Assembly: GCA_018649825.1 (NCBI GenBank)
Contig: JABIHC010000176.1
Span: 1 to 61,642 of the forward strand
Direction: 5' to 3'
DNA: 61,642 nt
Source: Methanobacteriota archaeon
GTDB taxonomy: Archaea > Thermoplasmatota > Poseidoniia > Poseidoniales > Poseidoniaceae
Every line of letters begins with the position of its first letter. The stretch's first letter is position 1. Shown here one piece after another: positions 54,831 through 61,642 of the stretch. The position numbers were made by a program, and so were the translations under genes. The notes below the pieces were generated by a model that was not told where the DNA came from, searched no databases, and was given only the letters and a program-made list of their open reading frames with translations.

Positions 54831-57647
54831 CTAACTGCGTAATACCTGTTCCACACTACACGAAGGACAGTCTACCAGCACCTCGTTTATGCCATCGGGG
54901 AAGGTAAGGGCAAAGTGAGCACCACAGGCTCCACAAGCGGCTTCAACCAAGCCTTCTTGTTCGGTTGCGCCAGAGTTAGTATCCGGCGCCTGAGAAGGTG
55001 CCTCAGCGGTGGTTTGGGTGGAAGTGGACTGTGAGGACATGGCATCTGCGGAACCAGAATCTCCTTGCATTTGCAAGCCTTTGAGGAAGGCAACATCCTC
55101 ATCAATTTCACCTTCACTTACGGCACTATTTTGAGGAATAACTACTCCCATTGAAGTTGCACGCTTTTGCGCAGCAGCGGTACTTTGCTGGTCTGTTTGG
55201 GCAGTTTGGCTGGATGGAGAATCTTGAGTTATTGGATTGAAATGGTCGTTTGATGCAGGAGCATCAGAAATATGTGTGCTTTGTTCGGAGTCAGCAGCTG
55301 CGACATCGTCTGCAAAAGCCGAAAATTCATCCTCAGAAAGCACACGAGATTGTTGACCTTGAGCATATCCACTTGTGGCAGGAGTGACTCCGGCTATTCG
55401 TGCCAACTCATTTTCTGCATTGGCTCGGGAATTGCCTCCATAGCCTGCATGGCCACCATAACTTTCCGCATTAGAAGAGCGTTGGAATCCAGCATTTGGA
55501 TCCGAGATTTGTGATGCTGGAACTGGGTCGCCACCATATAATTGCTGAGATAATTGACTCTTTTCATCATTTTGCAATTGGACAACAGTTTTTACATCAC
55601 CTGAATCTAATCCTGCCAACGTTTCAGCATTTGCGAATACCGATAATTTCTGGTTGACCTTGATTGAAAGAATTTGAGTTTCGGCTTCTTCAGCACTTAA
55701 TCCATGATTGACTAATAGTTGAATTGCCGCGTGTTCCTGAACTTTACGATATCCGATTAATCCTGCGACAGAAGTTGCAATTACTACAATGGAGATTATC
55801 AGCACTAGAGCAAACATGTTACCTTCACTTGGTGCTGGAGAAACTTGAATTGTAAATCCGGCAGAATCAGAATTACCTGCTGCATCGGTGACGGTCAATA
55901 CAATCTCGGTTTTCCCATGGTGCTGGAAAATATGACCCAGATTTGCTCCTTGCAAATCTGCATCATTTCTTGCATTTCCGTCGTTATCTGAATCAAAATC
56001 GGGGTCCAAATCCCAAGCATAATGCAAATCTGAAGCCTCGTCCCACGCATCGAGAGCTGAAGCATTGAAAGTTACCGTTTTTCCCTCCTGAGCATTAACT
56101 GGAACTGAAGTTTTTTCTTCATTTATCACTGGAGTAGTAGTGTCAATTACCTCAACAGTAATACTCACCGAATCTGAATTCCCGCTCGGGTCAGATACAA
56201 TTATCTCGACTTGATGCTCACCGGGAATCCCCCATTGTAAGTCAATGCTTGAACCACTACCTTGCAAAGTACCATCAACAATCCAATTTATTGAAGCAAT
56301 AGCATGGGCATCTTCTGCATTTGCAGTAGCGGTTATCAATTGGCTGTGGTCAACAAGAGCATGCATTTCAGAATCAAGCCCGGGAATAGAAACTGAAAAG
56401 GTAGGGGCGACTGTATCGATAATAGTGACACTATGAGCAATAGTGGCACTGCGGCCATCAAGAGATGCTATTGTTAGGCTGACTTCGAATACACCTGGTG
56501 TCAAATATGTAGTTGACACACCCCAGCCGCCTGCATCATTATCATCATCATTTACTCCATTATCATCACTATCAACTGAGGTGTCGAAATCCCATTGAAG
56601 TGTATTGATTTGGTTGTGAGAATTTGGCATTGCGGCTTGAAAACCGATAGTTGTCCCGAGTTCGCCACCTTGTATAGAAAATTCAGGAGATAATACGGGG
56701 GTTAATTCTAGTTTTATAGAGACCTTTGCCATGCCAATTCCCTCGCCTCCCCCTGTAGGTTCTGCTTCATTATCAAACATTAGATGAAGAGGGATGCCGT
56801 CTAATTCAGCAGGAACGGACCAAACAAGAGTTTGTTGAGTTGTGATTGAGGTTAATGAGGCACCGGAAATAAATGCCTCACCATTGCCATTTGAAAGATA
56901 ATTTGCACGTTGGTCATCGGTCATCAAGTAGAGGTCAGCATCACCACTTATTGGCCAAGTGGTGATGGTTAATTTATCACCTGCATCAAATGTTAACTCG
57001 CTCCCTCCAGCCAATTCAGAATGAGAACCTGGAGCAAGTACTGCAAGCCCATGAAATAAGTCAAACTCACTAGAAGGAAGTAATTCAACATCGAGGGAAA
57101 CTATTGAAGAATTAGCACCTTGATCGCCAAAATTTTCATCACCTGGATGAGCCATATTGTCAATAATAATGAACCATCCTTTATCCGTTAGACTGGCGGG
57201 AACTTGCCAGTGAAAATTAACTGTACCCGATAAAGATTCAAGAGTTGGGTCAGCAGTCATGGCCAAGTGATAGTTTTGTCCTGCGAGATAGGTAGTAGCA
57301 CCATTTTCATTAAAAAATAACAAATCAATTGGAGAGTCACTAACTTGAACTGAAATATCCAAAACAGATTCCGAGACAAGTGTTCCCAAATTCAAAGAAG
57401 AACACTCACCAGAAGAAAGACTTAGATTAGCCGGCAAGGTTGACATTTCAACAGAGGAACAGGTTACTGCTGACCTTGCGCTAACTTTCAAAGAAGATTC
57501 CAAAGATGGGAAATGAGAGGGATTAGAATCAATGTCATCATTTATTGCAGGGGAAATATGCGAAATAGAAACGATATTGACTGCAATTACTGGCAAAATG
57601 AAGAGGCCGACCAGCAACAAAACTGCGAACTGTATTCTCCGACCCAT
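54831..57647 (-). CDS. Surface protein with PKD-like domains, one TM, and a long Q/S-rich cytoplasmic tail ending in a zinc ribbon
   Basis: Signal peptide MGRRIQFAVLLLVGLFILPVIAV. PKD-like modules are WDFDTSVDSDDNG...GVFEVSLTIASLDG and YAWDLDPDFDSDNDG...TEIVLTVTDAAGNS. The TM helix is MFALVLIISIVVIATSVAGLIGY, and the C-terminus is CGACGAHF...CPSC. Confidence 0.75.
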   Translation of the reverse strand: MGRRIQFAVLLLVGLFILPVIAVNIVSISHISPAINDDIDSNPSHFPSLESSLKVSARSAVTCSSVEMSTLPANLSLSSGECSSLNLGTLVSESVLDISVQVSDSPIDLLFFNENGATTYLAGQNYHLAMTADPTLESLSGTVNFHWQVPASLTDKGWFIIIDNMAHPGDENFGDQGANSSIVSLDVELLPSSEFDLFHGLAVLAPGSHSELAGGSELTFDAGDKLTITTWPISGDADLYLMTDDQRANYLSNGNGEAFISGASLTSITTQQTLVWSVPAELDGIPLHLMFDNEAEPTGGGEGIGMAKVSIKLELTPVLSPEFSIQGGELGTTIGFQAAMPNSHNQINTLQWDFDTSVDSDDNGVNDDDNDAGGWGVSTTYLTPGVFEVSLTIASLDGRSATIAHSVTIIDTVAPTFSVSIPGLDSEMHALVDHSQLITATANAEDAHAIASINWIVDGTLQGSGSSIDLQWGIPGEHQVEIIVSDPSGNSDSVSITVEVIDTTTPVINEEKTSVPVNAQEGKTVTFNASALDAWDEASDLHYAWDLDPDFDSDNDGNARNDADLQGANLGHIFQHHGKTEIVLTVTDAAGNSDSAGFTIQVSPAPSEGNMFALVLIISIVVIATSVAGLIGYRKVQEHAAIQLLVNHGLSAEEAETQILSIKVNQKLSVFANAETLAGLDSGDVKTVVQLQNDEKSQLSQQLYGGDPVPASQISDPNAGFQRSSNAESYGGHAGYGGNSRANAENELARIAGVTPATSGYAQGQQSRVLSEDEFSAFADDVAAADSEQSTHISDAPASNDHFNPITQDSPSSQTAQTDQQSTAAAQKRATSMGVVIPQNSAVSEGEIDEDVAFLKGLQMQGDSGSADAMSSQSTSTQTTAEAPSQAPDTNSGATEQEGLVEAACGACGAHFALTFPDGINEVLVDCPSCSVEQVLRS

Positions 57648-57773
57648 AGGGTCGGGTTGTACCTATCACACTTCAAGCCAACTCATCGGCGTGCAATAGT
57701 GAAAATATGGCAAATTTGACAATACTATGTGAAAAATAGAGGGAGGGGGGCGAAAGAGAACACTTGAGGCTGG

Positions 57774-58991
57774 CTAAAATGGTTCAAGGATTTGGAAAGG
57801 AGAACCATCAGAAATGCGGAATATTTTGAGGCTACCGTCGCGCTCAATTTGGAAAATATCTCCATCCTCACCGGCGTGTACTCTAGGATGGGCTTCTCTG
57901 GCTTCAGTCAATGGAATTTCGGTTTCAACAAAACGGCTGGAATAATGAGTCAACACTAGGTTTTCGGCTGCGATTTGTGTTGCAACTTTAGCGGCATCTC
58001 GGGAAGTGGAATGAAGATAATTTATTGCATTGCTTTGGTGAGAATCCGAATAGGTTGATTCGTGAATAAGTAAGTTAAGTGGGGCTGCTTTGGCGAGTGC
58101 CAATAGTTCTGGTGCTTCAGCCCCAGTGTCTCCTGTAATCAAAATGCTAACACCAGAGGTAGAAGGGCCACGGAAATCACTCGCAAGCAGAATTTCGTTT
58201 GCGGCAGAATTTGCGCTAGGGGCGGAGGAGGAAGCGTCGGATGTAGCGATAATAGTGATATCTTCACCATTGGCAAGTTTCGAAATTTGATTGTCACTGA
58301 GGCTGAGTTCCGCAGAACGTTGTGCATTGAATTTGCCGGGTCGGTCTGCTGAGGTTATTCTCCAGCCACAACTCGGAACTGAATGTATGGTTTGATGCGG
58401 TGTTAGTGAGTGCGGGCCTATGGGTTTTGGAGGCGCGGAAAGTTGGCTAACCGTACTATTTTGTGGGTCTAATTGTAACCACTTTTCTTCGCCATCAATC
58501 CATGAAACTGTATACCAAAAAATAGGGAACATTTCCTCAGACGAAATTTTGTCAAATAGAAGTTCCCACCAGAATCGCATTTGATTAATCAAGTCAACGG
58601 CCGGTACTGAATCGGGCATCTTTGCATCCATGCCATCTTTGGCAAGAGCGTGATAAGCATCGTGGTGAAGCGGAGCGAGAACTGAAAGAGGACTATTCCT
58701 GCAATCAAGACCCATGCTAAGCAGCATGGGTAACACGCCCCAACAGTGGTCAAGGTGACCATGAGTCAAAGCGATTACATCTAAGCGGGTATGAGAAATA
58801 CGAGATTCCCATTTTGCATTTTTTAGTACCTTCGCCTGTTTTTTAAGGCGAGTTTGGAAACCTTCACCTGCATCGATTGCGATTTGATATTTTCCAACAA
58901 TTACAATTGAACCACTAACCTCGCGACCATTAGCAGGTCTGGCACTTGAAGTGCCGAGTAAGTGTGCTTCAAGTTCCATCAGTATAACCAT
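57774..58991 (-). CDS. rnz: Ribonuclease Z-like metallo-beta-lactamase (tRNA 3' endonuclease) with enlarged insert
   Basis: LLGTSSARPANGREVSG, THGHLDHCWG (HxHxDH), IHESTY and HSTSRDAAKVA..LVLTHYSSRF match RNase Z. ATG 58979 (MELEAHLLGT) is an alternative start. Confidence 0.75.
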   Translation of the reverse strand: MVILMELEAHLLGTSSARPANGREVSGSIVIVGKYQIAIDAGEGFQTRLKKQAKVLKNAKWESRISHTRLDVIALTHGHLDHCWGVLPMLLSMGLDCRNSPLSVLAPLHHDAYHALAKDGMDAKMPDSVPAVDLINQMRFWWELLFDKISSEEMFPIFWYTVSWIDGEEKWLQLDPQNSTVSQLSAPPKPIGPHSLTPHQTIHSVPSCGWRITSADRPGKFNAQRSAELSLSDNQISKLANGEDITIIATSDASSSAPSANSAANEILLASDFRGPSTSGVSILITGDTGAEAPELLALAKAAPLNLLIHESTYSDSHQSNAINYLHSTSRDAAKVATQIAAENLVLTHYSSRFVETEIPLTEAREAHPRVHAGEDGDIFQIERDGSLKIFRISDGSPFQILEPF

Positions 58992-59005
58992 CCTTTAGAG
59001 GTATT

Positions 59006-59266
59006 TCAAGCCTGAGGGTCGCGGGGAATTTGGGTAGGAGGAAACCAACGTAGAAGGACAATATCTCCAACTGAGCGCACCCATCGCCAAGGAATCGCTA
59101 GAGGTATTGCATCTTCAACAAGAGCCGGGTCAACTTCTTTTACGAAAATATGACTACAACGCCAATTGTTTAAATCGGTTACAGTATCATGAACAACACC
59201 TAAGCGACGGCCATTGGGAAGAAAAACACCCCTCCCACGTAAACTGGTCATTCGCCTCTCGGACAC
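59006..59266 (-). CDS. PRC-barrel domain protein
   Basis: LRGRGVFLPNGRRLGVVHDTVTDLNNWRCSHIFV matches the PRC-barrel pattern. The start is GTG 59266 or ATG 59251. Confidence 0.6.
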   Translation of the reverse strand: MSERRMTSLRGRGVFLPNGRRLGVVHDTVTDLNNWRCSHIFVKEVDPALVEDAIPLAIPWRWVRSVGDIVLLRWFPPTQIPRDPQA

Positions 59267-59362
59267 AAACCTACCACCAAGGGGGAAGTCATGAACATTA
59301 CCCGAAAAGTGAGCGATAATAAGTAGGACATTAGGTGGAATCCCTTCGGCAAGACAATGAAA

Positions 59363-60055
59363 TTATAGAAGTGCGGTGATATTTTCATGAAAAGCAATAT
59401 CAAGAGCGACAAATGCTAATATCAGCCCGAGAACAATATTGACTTTACGAGCAGATTCTGGTTGGGAAAAAATCCGCGAAAGGAATACGCCGGCACCAGA
59501 CCAAAATAATACCGAACCAAGACCAACAAGTGTTGTGGAAAATACAAGTAAGATTTTGATGGAAAGGGTTGAACCAATTCGTGGCCCATATACTCCCATG
59601 AGGAGGGTAAAATAGACCAAACCTTTGGGGTTAATGAATTGTAATAAAAATCCATTGACCGGCCCGAGTGCCTTTTCACCATTAAATTCAATTAGGCCTG
59701 CAGATGTGCTCTCAACAATCTCTCTGTCAGAGTCATTATCGCCAACCAAACTTTGCTCAGAGGTATTTTCTTCAACCCTTGCCATAGCAATATGCCATGC
59801 CAAATAGAGCATATATACAGATCCTAAATATCGAACTGCATCAATGATTGTTTCATATTGTTCAATCAATTCAATTCCAAAGCCAACTAGAGATGCCATA
59901 ACAAAAAATCCAACACACATTCCAAATTCAAGAGGTAAAGATTTCTTCCATCCATGTTGGTTTCCATGCGCAGCGCAAAGCATGGTGTTGGGGCCCGGTG
60001 ACCAGCACATGAAGAACATGAAACCAATCGCAAAGAAATATTCTGAATAATCCAA
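59363..60055 (-). CDS. LysE/RhtB-family amino-acid exporter
   Basis: The N-terminal PGPNTMLCAAHG motif and about six hydrophobic helices are present. An unusual hydrophilic insert lies mid-protein (EENTSEQSLVGDNDSDREIVEST). Confidence 0.7.
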   Translation of the reverse strand: MDYSEYFFAIGFMFFMCWSPGPNTMLCAAHGNQHGWKKSLPLEFGMCVGFFVMASLVGFGIELIEQYETIIDAVRYLGSVYMLYLAWHIAMARVEENTSEQSLVGDNDSDREIVESTSAGLIEFNGEKALGPVNGFLLQFINPKGLVYFTLLMGVYGPRIGSTLSIKILLVFSTTLVGLGSVLFWSGAGVFLSRIFSQPESARKVNIVLGLILAFVALDIAFHENITALL

Positions 60056-60150
60056 AATAATACCTCTTTATTTCACCAATCATGTTCAGCCAATATTCGG
60101 CAATACTCCAATAATGGAATATGACAAAGGGATTTGTGACAGGCAGGTAA

Positions 60151-60753
60151 TTACTTGCCGATGTTGCCACGTGCTTTGAGAGAAGGGCGGAGTTTTTCTG
60201 CGCCCTTACCCTTGTTGAATAGACCGCGTCCACGCTTTCCAGCGCTGGTCTTTCCACGGTATACACGGCCCTTGTGAGATCCACGGCCATCCATGCGAGA
60301 AATCCATCCGAGGTCCTTGTCAGAAGCGATTGCTGGGTGAGATGGGTCAACTAGAATAACTTCGAAGAATTTTTGCTTTCCGTCTTGGCCAACCCAATAA
60401 GAATTGAGTACTTCCATGTTAGGATAATGGCGAGCTGTGCGCTCTTCAGCAATACGCTGAGTATTTTTTGCCATAGTAATCTTACGAATACCAGCCTTAC
60501 TTGGCTTACGCTTCATGTGAATCTTACCCTTGCGCAATCCACCACGGCGGACGCGAGTGCGAACGATAACTATGCCTTGCTTGGCTTTGTAACCAAGGCG
60601 ACGAGCAGCATCAATACGGGTTGGGCGGTGAACGCGAGTGAACACTTCTTCACGGCGCCATGAAGCCATTCGGTCACGAATATATGCTTTTGGCATAGCA
60701 TCTTTTGGACGCTTCCAAGTTTCACGAACGTGTTGATAAAGACCTTTGGACAT
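60151..60753 (-). CDS. rpl15e: 50S ribosomal protein eL15 (L15e)
   Basis: MSKGLYQHVRETWKRPK...RLGYKAKQGIVIVRTRVRRGG...SYWVGQDGKQKFFEVILVDP is collinear with L15e. ATG 60753 is the likely start; the ORF opens at 60792. Confidence 0.92.
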   Translation of the reverse strand: MSKGLYQHVRETWKRPKDAMPKAYIRDRMASWRREEVFTRVHRPTRIDAARRLGYKAKQGIVIVRTRVRRGGLRKGKIHMKRKPSKAGIRKITMAKNTQRIAEERTARHYPNMEVLNSYWVGQDGKQKFFEVILVDPSHPAIASDKDLGWISRMDGRGSHKGRVYRGKTSAGKRGRGLFNKGKGAEKLRPSLKARGNIGK

Positions 60754-60906
60754 GCTATCACCTGCTCTTTGAGCATCCCGCCGACCGACCATCCCTTCAT
60801 AACCTTGCCGCGCGGTTTTCCAAACGACAAATGAGGAGATAGGGGCCTAATTACCTGTGAAAACACAGGAGGGTGAGTAGGTGGAAGTGGGAGGTTTTCT
60901 TGAGGT

Positions 60907-61584
60907 TTACTGACGTTTGAAGAGACAAGAAACATATGGGCGTTTGTCACCAGATGGCATTACGTGAGTGTGTTTTATACATTTTAGCAGTTGGAACTGC
61001 TCCCCGAGTAATGCTTGCAGCATTTTTTCATCGTAGCGTTGCAAAGGGAGGCCCGAACATTTGCCAGCGCCTTCATTTGGGAAGATTTCAATTATCGCGT
61101 GACCGCCTTTGCGGAGGGCGGATTTTAGGGTATTTACATAACCTTCAATTTCAGTACAAGAAGTAAAAAAATGCAAAACCGCTCGGTCATGCCACAAATC
61201 AAATTGACCGAGTGACAATACCTTTAGTGGACGAGTGATATCATCTATTATCCAAGTTACTTTTTTGCCGAGGCGAGATTGAGAATGAGCGAGTCCGGCT
61301 GGAGAAATATCGACTGCAGTAATTTGGTGGAAGCCGAGCGAAATTAGTTGGTCAAGAAGAGTAGTTGCACCGCTTCCAACATCAATGATTTTGTCGGCGG
61401 GAGTTGCGCCGGATTGAGCGAATAAGTCGAGGGTGATTTCGTGTTCAGATTGAAACCAACCAACAGTAGTTGGGTCGTTGGAGGTGTAGACATTTTGCCA
61501 GTGAGATTCGGTTGAGCCACTACGATCAAGCGGCATTGAGCAAGGAGAGGAGCCCCCCGTGGGAGGTGAAGTAGAATCTTGCAC
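60907..61584 (-). CDS. Class I SAM-dependent methyltransferase
   Basis: Motif I is IIDVGSGATTLLDQL, followed by AVDISP. The start is GTG 61584 or ATG 61536. Confidence 0.75.
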   Translation of the reverse strand: MQDSTSPPTGGSSPCSMPLDRSGSTESHWQNVYTSNDPTTVGWFQSEHEITLDLFAQSGATPADKIIDVGSGATTLLDQLISLGFHQITAVDISPAGLAHSQSRLGKKVTWIIDDITRPLKVLSLGQFDLWHDRAVLHFFTSCTEIEGYVNTLKSALRKGGHAIIEIFPNEGAGKCSGLPLQRYDEKMLQALLGEQFQLLKCIKHTHVMPSGDKRPYVSCLFKRQ

Positions 61585-61642
61585 GGAAGAAGGGGAGGGG
61601 TTTGAGGTAATGAAATTAGAGATGAGGAAGGATAAGGTGCAA

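Noticed and set aside
54831-54856. A 26-nt overlap between the PKD protein gene and the 1,594-aa ORF
   Set aside because: The overlap is produced by the longest-ORF convention. The first approximately 35 residues (MWNRYYAVSFLHFKPRCG...) are not signal-like, whereas ATG 54751 begins a good signal peptide.
1-61642. Mobile elements, prophage, CRISPR arrays and rRNA operons
   Set aside because: No integrase, transposase or recombinase-like ORFs were seen. No long terminal or inverted repeats and no regularly spaced direct repeats were noticed. No rRNA-like conserved strings were seen. Repeat detection was by eye only, so short or diverged repeats could have been missed.

Overview
The window looks like an archaeal chromosome segment. 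It carries archaeal or eukaryotic-type uS2, eL15, aIF-1A, Rio1 and a Dim2-like KH protein, plus an 11-subunit nuoABCDHIJKLMN cluster without nuoEFG. Assignment to a marine Thermoplasmatota or Poseidoniales-like lineage is only an inference from gene content. About 44 protein genes are supportable, packed tightly, and operon-internal genes use strong GGAGGTGA-type Shine-Dalgarno sites. I could not recognise any rRNA, tRNA, CRISPR array, integrase or transposase.

Housekeeping content: acs, a 3-hydroxyacyl-CoA dehydrogenase/enoyl-CoA hydratase fusion, Dus, RNase Z, the aIF1A-Rio1-KH block, and the nuo operon (27.0-39.0 kb).

Unusual content, in order of interest:
1. A co-directional run of five tightly spaced genes (40.8-57.6 kb) encodes about 5,600 aa of cell-surface proteins. 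It includes an S8 subtilase, a PKD-domain protein, a 1,594-aa orphan protein, and a giant protein whose cytoplasmic tail looks tubby/scramblase-like.
2. Several otherwise unrelated giant single-pass surface proteins end in cytoplasmic CxxC...CxxC zinc-ribbon tails. One ABC ATPase has the same kind of tail.
3. A solo Cas4-family (PD-(D/E)XK, 4-Cys) nuclease is interrupted by four predicted transmembrane helices.
4. A Regnase/Zc3h12a-type NYN RNase is fused to a Lys-rich linker and two LOTUS-like modules.
5. An aIF-1A carries a roughly 130-aa eukaryote-like acidic tail with repeated D-G-LFA motifs.
6. A double-FtsX ABC permease has a pentapeptide-repeat block in an external loop, with a degraded ATPase relic nearby.
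7. NuoH, NuoI and NuoL carry lineage-specific insertions.

All functional calls rest on motif recognition by eye; no database search was run.
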